The notes beneath the pieces are model-generated. The model had not been told where the DNA came from and searched no databases. It saw only the letters and a list, made by a program, of their open reading frames with translations. Shown here in pieces: positions 51,400 to 63,721 of a stretch of 64,000 bases of DNA. A program made the translations under genes and the position numbers. This stretch comes from Euprymna scolopes (taxonomy: Eukaryota): NCBI GenBank assembly GCA_053919585.1, contig CM132791.1; one strand, given 5' to 3'. Position 1 is the stretch's first letter. Each line of letters begins with the position of its first letter.

Positions 51400-53840
51400 A
51401 ATGTAAACATCAACGATACACCCTAAAGTGAATTAAATTTACAAATTAAATTCAAGCGATTGCCAGCAAGGAAACATTACACAAAGCAATCAGTTTATGC
51501 TCAATATACATCCCACTAAAATACCATAAATCTAAAAGTATATTTAAATCTTTTATCCCTTTTAGGGGACTTTAATGGTTACGATTTCCTGTGGAGTGAA
51601 GATGTAAAGGTTAAAATTTTAGAAAAAAAAAAAAAATTATCAAGAGAAATGATTTATACCAACTTAATAAGTGCAAATAGATATATCACTTTATTTAATG
51701 CAAATCACGTGATCATTGGTTTAACCGTATACAATCCCCACAGTTTATATGAACTTTACTTGGAGAATATATGATAAAACTCAATCCTCCTCAAAAACGC
51801 AGAACCCATATTGTTTAACAAAGAAAAACAAAAGATGGAAAAAAAAACGTTTCGAATTCAACTGAGAAATATTTAAAGAAAAATGTAAATAATAAGAAAG
51901 TTACCATGTATGAAGCAAGCTATAAGAGAGCATTTCACAGAAATGTTAATTGTAATAGCGCAAAAAAAAAAAAAAAATCAATAGAACAAGCCTAACAGAC
52001 TGATATCAAATGCAAAAAAAAAAAAAAAAAAAGCTATCAGACTGCAGATAGCAGCTCCAGGAAAGGTGAAAAAAAAACCCCCAAGAAGCTTCAATTTGAT
52101 AGACAGCGTAAGACCTGCAGGATGATAATAGCAGTAAAAAAGAAAAATATGTGATAAAACTGCATTAAACTATGAAACTAAAAGCACTTTCGGAAAATGA
52201 AGAAAATTGTGGCTAAACCTCAAACACCAAAAAACATTAAAACACATTTCTAAAAACAATTGTGATACAACTGATAGAACGTCTAACAAATTCGATAGCT
52301 GAAGCATTTTCTAAAATCTTTTCAAATCAAAACTTTAAACAAGAATTTATAATTGCCACATAAAATGTTGAATATAAATGAAACCTTAACTAAAAAATCT
52401 TGGAACCAAAAAAAAAAAAGAAAAAGAAAGGGGGGAAATTCTACTTAAGAGGATTGAAGAATCAGAAGGTATATGGTCATTGGTAGATTCCTACTGTTAG
52501 AATTCCAAAAGTTTTGGCGTCAACTTCTAGGATTAAAAAATGTCAAACTCTACTTGTTATTTTAAAATCTTCCAATATTCTAACTGTCTTTTGATTCTTC
52601 AATGATGAAAAAATTAAATTTCGACTTTTAACATTTTCTACACGTCCAATTCTGACTCCTTTTAAAACTTCCGATTCTACAACCCTCCTACTCATATTGA
52701 GTTAAGGCTTCATAAAAAGATCTTTATTTTAATTTTCTTTATATATTCTGAGGATGGGGCATCCTACCAAATACCATACATTCCCATGCTTTTTCAGACA
52801 CTCCAACCGAGACTGTCCCTTAAAGTGTAATTGTTTGTATTTCTCTTACACTTGGTTCACCGGGTATATTTGACAATACTTTATGAAATTCTTTTTCATG
52901 AATCTGGTTGTTCATACAATTACTAGAATGATCGAAATCTTCCCAAAATTTCAATTTCTTTTCATGTTGTAGGTTATTCATATTTCTCTTCTCTTTCAGC
53001 TCCATTTAACCCAGCATCCTTGAGGGGCACTGACTTCAACTGGGGTTGTTACTTTCTTCTTCTTTTCTCATATTATTGCCAGGTGTAACAACTCTGTTTT
53101 TTAGATACATAGCTGTCAGAATTGCATAGTTATAATGGAAGGTGTGATTTCTTTTCAACTGTTCTATCTGGTATATGTCCCCAGAATTTGTTGCTATACT
53201 GGATATTCGACTTTTTACAGATTGTCCAGTGAAGATATTTACACACGTCATAGTGTCACATTGTATAGTAGCCGTCCTCAGGTTTGATGAGATGAGGTTT
53301 TTAAGGCAACTACTGAAGAAACCACTAAAATGGTTTATAACTTAATCAGCATCGAAACAACTATGTGAGACATTTATGAATCGTGAACATTTTACGGCTA
53401 TTTTCTTTGATCTAGAAAAACACACACAACAGAGAAATATGATGTTATGAGATATTTGCACAATCTCACTGTGAAAATTAGACTAGCACATTTGATAGCC
53501 ATCTTATCTGACAGAAAACTAAAAGCTTTTGTTGATCTCCTCTAACCTGAAAAACCAAGATGAAAAAATCCCACTAGGCAATTTATTGTCCATGACTCTT
53601 TTTAATATAAGAATAAACAGCATAACTAAAAACGGAGCAAATCTCTATACACGAATGGCTTCCAAATATGTTACAGCTCAAAGTATACACGCACTATTCA
53701 GTGCAAATTGTAGAAATGATTTAATGGAAAAATCAACAAATGACAACAACAGAAAATGATTTCAGAATTTCTAAAGTAAAAAGTGTGTCCATTTTCATCC
53801 TAAGAGAAAATTACACAACATCCTAGTTCTAAACGAATAC
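51400..53840 (+). mobile_element. Heavily decayed LINE (I/Nimb-like), with an opposite-strand block at ~52,460-53,300
   Basis: Endonuclease-like GDFNG..LWS at ~51,565. RT-like IFFDLEK at ~53,400, LSDRK, and LSMTLFNIRINSI at ~53,585. Confidence 0.55.
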
Positions 53841-54166
53841 AAATTACACGTGTATAGGGGTGAGCGGACATTTAATTTTATCCCCCCCCCTCGGTCTAAA
53901 ATCCAAAATGTAACAGAACATTACAATTTCTATGTGCTGTAGCTAGATTTGGGATCGATGACAGCATTTCTCTTTTCTGTTTTTATCTTCCTAAGTATAT
54001 TAATAGTTGATTGAATAATTGGATATATTTTTGATATTTTGGAGTTTTAGTAAAGTTCTCTGCTCTTCGGATCTTACTGTTTCTTCCCTACCGTTATAAA
54101 TATTATAAAAATAAACTTAAAATTAGTAACAAAACCTCAAAAAAAAAAAAAAAATGCATAATGTAA

Positions 54167-54199
<33 letters not shown>

Positions 54200-56300
54200 T
54201 TTTGTGCCAAGTTCAAATCCTACCGGATCTATGATGTTGCTTTATGCTCTGATGTAGTTCTTAAAATAGTTCTCTTGAATGCCCTTATGGCAGACTGCTG
54301 GACTACACCCTGGAAAGTCTTGCATAGAGCAGCAATGTGGGTAGAGTAAGCAGCCTTTATCATTTCCATGTTTTTGGTTGACACATATACAAACTAAATT
54401 CCTAATAAATAAATAAAAATTTTTAAATAAAAATTAGATTTTATCAGTGACAGGGATGCGAGTTGTTCACACACTGAAAAACTTGAAGAAAAAAAGCAAT
54501 TATTTTAGAATATAGAGCTGGGATCATTTTCCTATAAAAATTTAACATAAATTAATCCCATATTTCTGGACCTTTCTATCGTTTTAATGCAGTTAACAGA
54601 TACTGTTTCCGTTATGAAAGATAAACTCAGTATTTTGTGTTTGGTGATGATGAGATTCCCTTTTTTATATAAGTTTTTTGTTTAGGTATGAGCTTGCCAC
54701 TCGGACTTAGGGTTAGTAGTCGTGTTAAAAATGTTTTTTGAGGCTTCCCATTCGGTCCTAGGGTTAGTAGTAGGGCAAGTAATTTTTTTTTTCATTAACT
54801 TTTCAACATGGCACCTTCTTAAAAATTAGAATGTTCCAGATGTTGGGGTTTAACTTTTAACTTTCGGGGAGGGGTGGTTGTTATGGGATTGTGGGTCAGG
54901 TTGGGAAATTCATTATGCTTTCAGGTTTTTAGGCTATTGAAACCCCTATAGTTATCATAATACTTAAACTGCATCTCTTTTTTTCTTTTATTTGTTACAA
55001 GTTCACATAGCCGTGGGTTTTATTCATGTTTTTTTTTTTCTGGTCTTAATGAAGTTCTAAAGAACTTCCTAAAATTAAATAACATCAAAAGTTTACATGA
55101 AAGAACTCGATAAGTATGAAGCAAAATGAATCTTAATGCAATTTTTATGTCAGATCTTTTGGTAACCAAATTTAATTCATTCTATTTATTTATCTAGTTT
55201 TATTGAATTTTTTTATATAAACGTTTGAATAATTTTTCTTGAGGTGTTGATTCAATAAAAACACCCCAGTACTTCCATTAATTCTTAAAACAAGTTAAAA
55301 TGACATTTAAAAAAAAGTTCCCACCCCCTTTAGTTTGGGGATGGGATTGAATCTGAACATTTCCATTGTTATCTTCATCATTTCTATCATTTTGACTTAT
55401 TTTTGTTTTTACAATTCAATCGCTTCTTCCTTTGAGGAATTTGATATCATGTAAAAATTTCGTGAATGCAGTTGACATGAATTCTATTATGCAATTCATA
55501 TTTTCATTATCTGATGCACAGAGAAAAGGAAAAACAAATTCTAACTGGACATAAAATGGTAATTTTCCTGCCATATTCTGCTGACTCCTACTGGCAATGG
55601 AATTAGTCTAACAGATTTTTTGTTTGTTTGTTTGTTTTTTTTTGTTACATGTTTTATTTATTTTTTCTTGCTCTCAAGGAGAAACTGCCTTTTGTAACTG
55701 TGGTCCATGGGTGACTTTGTGAATTATCTCCCTTGGAAATTAGAAAAAGATCTCTTTCTGTGATTAACACAAAAGCTTCATTGTTTACCATGTTTTCCAT
55801 TTTTCTTTTCTGCCTGCATTGCATATTCATGTACTAACTTTGATAACAATTTATTTATACACTAATTTCACTGACATGTCTCGCTTCGATATTTATTTGC
55901 CTGCCAATAAGCCATTTTGTAGAAAAAGTGTGAAACCAATTGATACAAAAAAATGAAATTGCATTCCAACACTCCCATCCTTTATGGAACGGATAAGAAA
56001 GAACTGCATTAATTACTATTGTGTGTGTGAGATGTGTTCGGAAACTGTCCAAGATTCAGACAGTAATCAAACTTGAGGAAAACAACTTGTTTCATACATT
56101 TGATTTTTTCTTTTTTCTTTTTTTTTTAATATTCAGCTGGCTAGTTTGAGAGGTTTCATTAAGTTATTATTGAGGAAGATTCCTTTATTTTCCTTGCAAA
56201 TTAGAACGATCCTCTCCTCACTTGGAGTTTCTATATTAGCCTTCACGTTAACATCCAGTGTATGCCTGACTTAATTGATATCTAGGATCATGGAACTGGA

Positions 56301-56393
56301 TTTCGTTGGTGGTTTTTGTTTTATGGCATATCAACCCTTTCCGGGTTATTTAATGCCGAATCCAGTGATTTTTGAAGAACAATTTTTTTAATA

Positions 56394-56428
<35 letters not shown>

Positions 56429-56588
56429 GTCGGTTTTTATTAAACCCATAGTTGGGACCCTGACAGATACCACCATTCCAGGTCAGAGTGGACCTAGGAG
56501 CAATGGCAATTAAAGGGTGGCTCCACACTCCCCAAAGCCCGCAAGCTGGGGCCTCACCATCAGATATAGTTTAAGGTCATATCCAGGA
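56301..56588 (-). mobile_element. Second copy of the 45.6-kb SINE-like retroposon, inverted
   Basis: Reverse-complement match (CCAGGTCAGAGTGGACCT, CCACACTCCCCAAAGCCCGCAAGCTGG, AAGGTCATATCCAGGA). Flanked by ACTGGA at 56,295 and 56,589. Confidence 0.85.
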
Positions 56589-57174
56589 ACTGGAAGTGCT
56601 GAATTCAGATTATACTGGATTTATTGTGCTAATTTGTTTTGATGCAGTTTGAAAAAGGTAATTTACTCTGTGTAAAATATATCACTTTTATATCACTTCA
56701 CTATCAACTGCTTAGAGGACCTGTATTTGCTGATTTCCTAATGTATTTATTATTTACAATTAGATCTGTTTTGGTATCACTATAAAATATCTTAGTTTTT
56801 ACTTGAAATCATGTTTTAGCCCTTTTTTTTTTTATTTTTTCATTTTTATTCAGATAAGTATGAAATTACAATTCGAACTGAAAAAAATCTTTTATTGTTT
56901 TAAAAAATGGTAGTGGAATGGGGTTACCTATCTTTTGAAGTAAAGAGTTTGTGGTATTAGCGTGTGGCTTTATTGTTTTTTTTATTTTTATGTGTCTGAA
57001 CTGTATGTTTTTGGTAAAAGGAGAGAGGGCTTTTTTTTATCTCCAACTGAATGTCACTGAAGGACTTCTATCCAGTCATGGCTGATGGAACAAGTACCCC
57101 TGTGAAGTAAATAAAGGGATCCACTCTAATAAGAGGGATGAATTATAACCGTTGTAAAGAAGATAACTTAATAC

Positions 57175-57353
57175 TAGGGCTGTGACAACAGCATATTCTT
57201 ATCATTATTTTGACTCTTGAGTATATATCCGTTAATATCTTATATGTTTTTATATAGACTAATGTGGTTCTCAGTTGATTGATTGTCTTACTGTGTTGGA
57301 TATATAATTAAGAATCAAAAGAATGAAAAGAATATTCTGTTGTCACAGCCCTA
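57175..57353. mobile_element. 179-bp hAT-type MITE with long TIRs and 8-bp TSD
   Basis: TAGGGCTGTGACAACAG(C/A)ATATTCTT is inverted at both ends (25 of 26), and pairing extends to about 55 bp. TSD CTTAATAC / CTTATTAC. Confidence 0.92.
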
Positions 57354-57789
57354 CTTATTACAGAGTATGCAAAAGAAAATAAATTTAGCGATAAAGCAAA
57401 ATTCATTTAAAATATGAATAAAAATGTATTTCATTATTAACATTAAAACCTTTTAACATATTTTAACAATTTGTTTCCAATATTTTACTAACAAATTTTT
57501 TATTTGCTCTCACTGATATTTTTTTTATGTAACATTATTCTTATGTAACTTAAAACTAAATTTGTTGTGATATTTTGGACTCGTAATTGGGTATGATCCC
57601 ACACAGTCGGACGATTCTATTTATAAACGATGCTGCTAGGAACTGACAAATCGAATTAATTCACGTTCTGCTACCAACCAATCAGAAACCAGAATTGCTT
57701 CATAAATATTAAACCTTTTCTGGAGCAATTTCACATGTTACCCCCCCCCCTCCCTTCTGTCTCGACACGGTAAGAATATTTGGCTCTGT

Positions 57790-57918
57790 GGAACTGTCTA
57801 CTGCAAACAAGTCATCTCTCCAAACTTGTTTAGAACAACGAACCATCGGAAACTGTTCTGTCTACTGCAAACCAGTCACCTCTCAAGACTTGTTTAAAAC
57901 AACGAACCATCTGAAACT
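57790..57918. repeat. Two-copy tandem duplication, ~64-bp unit
   Basis: CTGTCTACTGCAAAC.AGTCA.CTCTC..ACTTGTTTA.AACAACGAACCATC.GAAACT occurs twice. Confidence 0.9.
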
Positions 57919-59601
57919 TTTATGAAACTAAACATGGCTTACACTTCTAGAATTTCCAATATTGTTCTATAGAATTTATATCCAGATTATGCAATAATTT
58001 AAAAATATTTTGTATTTTTCAATTGTTCCCCATTTAAGCAAGCAAAATTAACAATTTAGAAAAAACAAATTGTATACAAATATAAAAAAAAAACAATTTC
58101 AAATTCTGATTTTTTTTTAAAGTACTCCATTCCCTCACACACATTTGCAACAAAAGTATGCTATAAGAATATTGAAGAATTAGAATGAATAAATTTTTCA
58201 TAAAATCTTTCACCCTGCTCACTATTTTAGGGAGTTAAGTATTGAAATTAATTATAGTGAATTTCAATAGGTAACAACTAACATAAGAGATTGATTACAT
58301 CACACACTGACCATGTTTATTACCATAGTGGCATAATTCAATGAGATTTAAAATCGTAATCAATCATCGGCATCATATAAGAGAAGACTTTAGAAAGGAA
58401 AAATTACTAAATTAAATTTTTTTTTTTAACCCAACTGGAAAACAAGGTATAAAGAAAGAAAAAAAAAGATGAAAACTACATTCATATGAAAACTAAAAAT
58501 TGTTTTACTGCACAAGTCTGATATATAGGGTTGTAGCAATTACATTACAATCAATTTTCTTTGACACAAGCATGTCCTCACTTGTAGAATGATTTGAACA
58601 TGGTTCAATGAGAACGCATTTGTATGTCTCACTTGCAGTATGATATATATAAACCTTGTTTGATAAGAACACTGTGTAGGAAGCAGCTTCCGCTTCCATC
58701 TAAATCCCCCCCCCCCGCAATTTTTGCACAGTTTTAATGTTTGTGACTAGACATCATATTTCCTTTCTCAACTCTAGCCATGACTTTGGCTAAAGACGAG
58801 ATGCAAAACCTGGACTCAAACTTTCTTTGTATAGCATATAACATGTCTACACGCTCAACATATTTTGTATTCTTGTTTTCATAACTCTTTCCCAATCAGA
58901 TCTGTTGATTAAGCTAAATAAAATTGATTAAATTGTGGAAGTTTGTTTTTATAACCAAACTATGATAACCTGTTTTTCTTTATGCTTAGTAAGGCCAGAA
59001 TAATGGATATCTATACAGCAGCTCCTACAAAATAGGGATCCCAACACCTCTCTCTCTCTTTAGGATTATGTTCTATATGTTTAAAGAAACCTCTTTTTCT
59101 GGGGATTGCTTTTGTAATAGCATTTCATTGTTAATTTCCTTTGTGCTGCATTACCTTCATCCGTTTGGTATTTATTTTTATACTGATCCTATTTTTTTAC
59201 GTGCATTTGGTCTGTTGTATGTTTTACCTGAAATAAGAATGGTGAACATTTGCATTATGCTGTTGGCTATCAAAAAAGCTGCTGCAGACTGCAGATCATA
59301 ATGCTTAGATTTCTCTTCAGAGCTCTTCTGCTTTTATATTTGGTTGGTGCCATTTTTTTTCATGGGTTTGTTGGTGTGTAAGGCAATGCCAGACCCAAAT
59401 TTATTTTACCTGCGATCCTGTCACAAGGATAGTATTTATCTATCCTATGTGTTAAAATAACAGTTCACTATCACACACATTGTACATGTTAGATGTTTAC
59501 AATATAGAATCTTGATTAATATTTATATCAATGGTTTATAACTCAAAAATCAAGTATTTCCGGTAAGGTTGCAGAGTTGGTCACAAGGAGATGAAAGTTT
59601 T

Positions 59602-59687
59602 AAACATCATAATCACGTTGATACACCAGTTCTCATTAGATCACCAAAGTTAAGCAATTTTGAGTTTGGTTAGTACCAGATGAGTGA
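59602..59687 (+). pseudogene. 3'-truncated 5S rRNA-derived copy
   Basis: CATAATCACGTTGATACACCAGTTCTCATTAGATCACCAAAGTTAAGCAA..TGGTTAGTACC.GATGAGTGA follows the first ~90 nt of 5S rRNA. Confidence 0.8.
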
Positions 59688-59899
59688 GGGTTAATGCCAC
59701 TTCAGTACGGTACAGGCAGATGGAGGTTTTGGAAGAATTCTGTGTCAGATTCTTAAGAATGCATAGTCAGAGTTTTTACTCTGTTTTATAAATGTAGTTG
59801 AAAAATATCAAATCTAATTCTCGGGACAACACTAGCTAGATACAAGTAGTTTTAATATAAAAAGAGTAAAACATTATTCCTGATATTTAGATTATTTTA

Positions 59900-60700
59900 T
59901 GAGTGTAAATTTGTTGCTAATGAGCCTGGAAATTGTGAGAGATAGGAAAATAGAGCTGCTGATAAGACAAAAACAAAAATGGGATAAAACATGGGCTGAA
60001 ATGATTAAAATAAATCACTAAAAGTTGTTCAAACGATTTTTAGTTGAATAACAAACAAACAAAAATTGAGTCTGAATGTTTAAAATGAGGAATTGGATTT
60101 GTATATTTGTGAATTCTAGAAATCAGTGAGAATTTTTAGAACTCAAAATCTTTCACTTCCCGATTCCACAACCCTGTTTTATGAACCTGTATACTTCTAT
60201 AGAACATAATTTTAACAATATGCCATCGACTTACTCAAACAGCCTGTATATGCATACACCTTTCAAATTGTTCTTTCTCATTCATTTCTCTTTATCCAAT
60301 GCCTGTTTTTCCTTTTCTTGTAAGCATTCTCTATGAAATAGTTTCATATCAATATTGAGCAATCTCCTTTTTATTATCACGATCTTGCTTCAAGATGCAT
60401 AAAGGGCAACGTTCTCCTTTTCCTCCTTATTGAATTTATTTTGGTTCTACTCATGTGAACGTTTTTCATTACATGTGCCTATTTCACAATCTATCTTGAA
60501 CACGAATAAAGCCTTGTTGGCTGTGAATAGAATGGATTTCCTTTCATGGTAGTTTCCATATTCATAGCAAGGAAATATCATTTCCCTCGTTATCCCTCTC
60601 CTTCTCCTTATTGGAGAATCTTATCTAATATTTCTAGAACGATATGAAATTATGATAAACCTTCCAGGTTATTAATTTCACTTGATAAATGCTTCTGAAG
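59900..60700 (-). mobile_element. Possible very decayed LINE RT relic
   Basis: Minus-strand scraps such as QNKF and IKQGCG fall in roughly RT-like order; many stops. Confidence 0.25.
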
Positions 60701-61086
60701 GATTTCAGTCATGAGCAGAGACCTTAATTTACAGCTTGCTTCTAAACTGACACTATGAAGGTCATTCTCGTGTCATTTCGAAAACGGTAAGTAATAGGTA
60801 TGGTGCATTGAGTCATAACTAGAAAAGCTGGAGTAATTATGTTTGGCTAGTGTAACCCCAACCTCTCACTGGAAATTCCATGGTGATTCCAGTGAAATTA
60901 ATTTGTTGAAAGATTGAATTGCTACGGATGTAAGAATTTTAAATGAGGATTCATTTTACAGTAAAATGAATAATATTCTGTTTTATTATTTATTTTTAGT
61001 TATATTTTACCATTAAGAATATTTTTATACTAAAAAAAAAATAAAAACGATTTGTTGAGAACTTATTCTTACAACTTTTTATATAC

Positions 61087-62109
61087 TCTCTAGATTAATT
61101 ATGTCTCCGATTTACGAAAGGAGGTCGTCTCTATCTTTTATTCGAGTGACTTTTATATGCTATTTTTGTGCTATTTCTTACTCTCCGAGTGTTTTTTTTT
61201 TGTGTGTTTTTAAAAAAATTTTTTTTTTACATCGGCATCACCACTTATTAAGGCTTTTCCGTATAAAAGCGAAACTAAATCTGTAGCAAATGAGTCTCCC
61301 TTGCACTCATGCCAGGGACGTCCAGAAAAGCAATAAGCTTGGATCAATGCAGGCAAAACCCGTCATATCAAACGATTGCTATTCATTTGGACACTCCCCT
61401 TTTTGTGGGGAGCTGGTTTTCCCAAACATCTTGGGGAAACAAACAAATATACAGAAATGATTTCATTTTGACCTTGAAAGCCAGACTTCGTTTTTAATTT
61501 CAACCATTCTCACTTTGCTGCCCTCTTAGCCTCGCGGTAAGTTATCACGCTTTCTTTTCTGCCTTCGCCTCAAGGCTTCGAGTTCGAGCCTACTTGCCTA
61601 CCAAAACGTTTTTTTTTCTTTTACACCTCCAAACACCTGGGCAACGCTGAGCACCCCTGCTAGTCTCTAATATAAATCCCACCTGCCTGTTTGAATGATG
61701 TATGTATGTTTGTATGTTTGCCTAAAACATCCGACAGAGGCAACGTATTTTTACAAGATTGGTATCGTTTTGAAGCTCGACCCTTTGGACGACAAATATA
61801 AAAAAAATTGGCTAAAAACAATAATTCCTTCACCCTCAAATGGGCACTTTTCTACAGGGGTCGCTTTTTTTTCGCCCATATTTTCGAAAGTCATCCCCTC
61901 TTTCTGATTGACTAGCCTTAATTTAAACCTCCGTCACTTTTGGTTTGGTGATGGATGGCAACGGCGAAGGCGTCACGTTTATTTTCTTACGTTCTTTTCC
62001 TCCTTTGCGGTACGGGTTCGAGGCTGCTTGACTACTACCACTTTTTTTTTTTTTTTTTTGCTAAACACACACCTCCAAACACCCAAGCAACATCGAGCAC
62101 TCAGTCTAA
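61087..62109 (+). mobile_element. Head-to-tail tandem of two non-autonomous Helitrons (junction 61,663/61,664)
   Basis: Copy 1 ends CCTGGGCAACGCTGAG..CCTGCTAG, directly followed by TCTCTAATATAAAT and a (GTAT/GTTT) microsatellite. Copy 2 ends with homologous sequence and CTAA|T. The start of copy 1 is approximate. Confidence 0.7.
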
Positions 62110-62749
62110 TTCAAATATATGATAGATCCCAAATTAAATATCGATTTTTATTTGTGGAACACCAAACTAGAATGAATAAATAGATTTCAAAGGATGCCAG
62201 TATTTCTGCTTTCATCCTGAAAAGCAATTTTTAATTAAAAATGAATTTTTTAAACATATTTTAAAAAAATCCTAATTGATATTTCAATTTATCTAAGTTC
62301 AAGTATGCGTAAGTGCAATCAACTGTATTTCCTTATTCTTTCTCCTTTTTTATTTGATTTCCTTTTAAAATTGAACGAAAATTGAATTGCTTAATGTAAT
62401 TGCTCAAGAAACCCGTGTGATATTCAGTTTTAAACTACTTGAAATTTATCTAGCAATAATTTATATCAATTAGCATGCAGTCGTTAATTGGATCTACATA
62501 CGATCATTCAAATAAGAGCGTTGAATAGTACATATTACATTCTCATGATCAATACTAATTTGGCTTATTAGAAATATTTTATGATTCATCTCGACACTTT
62601 TATCTTTCCTCTTTTTTTTTTTTTTACTCTCCTTTGGTTCCATGCAACAAAATTGCATAAGATGTATTTCATTTCCAGTAATCAAGTGGCAGTTTACTTT
62701 GATTTACCTTTCTGAATTTTTGAGATGAGGATTGATAATTTCTATTTGA

Positions 62750-62832
62750 ATTATTCGGACAACTGTTCTCATCTTTAGTGTTATTTCCACAATGTTTCGG
62801 CGGATGTAACCTCCAACCTTCTTTAGGTGTAT
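62750..62832 (-). ncRNA. Degenerate hammerhead-like motif of a Penelope-type repeat
   Basis: Minus strand reads CAC-CUAAAGA-AGGUUGGAGGUUACAUCCGCC-GAAA-CAUU-GUG, with stem I CAC/GUG and a G5A core. Confidence 0.5.
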
Positions 62833-63721
62833 CTTTGTTGTATTACCAAATCGTACAAATGTTGTATTTCAGGTTTATATAACTTTGTCTATGTATGCCT
62901 AGTGTATACAAGGTATACGTGTTTCTGTAATCGATGCGCGTGTATCATCTAATAGTTAGAATTATAAACACAGTTACTTATCTTTGTACATGGGGTGTCA
63001 GTATGTGTCGACCTTTTACGTGTATATTTAATAGTCTTTCCATGTGTATGTGAGCTTTTTCATATATCCACGACAATAACGAACAGTCTTTAACAATGGT
63101 TTCTTCTTGACACATACCTTATTCATTGTCTCCCTCTCTTCTGGCAGCAGGCACCTGAAATGAAGGCATCCTTTTCCGAAAGGAACACCATAAACACTGA
63201 GTTATCATTTCCAGATCTTTATTTCCAAATCTTCCACGTTTTGGAGTTTGCAGCTCTTAATCTACCTTACGTTTTCCTTAGTTGGTCTGTAGATTCTTCC
63301 ATCGAACCACAGAGACAACTCCTGTTCACTCTAACCCAGTGGCTAGCTAACTCACAACTTACCTCCTCGATTTCTCGTTACAGACTAACTCTTAATTCTG
63401 ATTTCTCCTGGCTTACGTTTCTCTGACGTTAGCTAGAGTGGACAATCTTGTTTGTCACGAAAGCCACATCATTGTTTACTAAATAAAATTCCAAACTAGC
63501 TTTGTTTAAGTTTTTCCTTAATTCATAACAAAATTTCCCAGTTAAATATTTAACATAAATATTTTAACTAACATTCTTTTCTTTTAAAACATTTTTCTGA
63601 ATATCGTTTTAACTTAAATAGTTTAACAATTAATCATAATCGTTCTGACCCTTGGCACTGCCCGCCACAACATAACACAGATACTGCGCTGTGATCATAG
63701 CCAAAGGCCATCTTGTCAAAC

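Noticed and set aside
54705-54776. Interstitial telomeric repeat (TAGGGTTAG words)
   Set aside because: Only two isolated words within a short duplicated motif, not a (TTAGGG)n tract.
53853-54950. TA-flanked element bounded by GGGGT/ACCCC
   Set aside because: The inverted match is too short to distinguish from chance.
60735-60786. 52-nt candidate exon (TTTACAG ... ACG|GTAAGT) with ATG-KVILVSF
   Set aside because: Weak pyrimidine tract, stops in all through-frames, and no supporting neighbouring exon; it needs RNA evidence.
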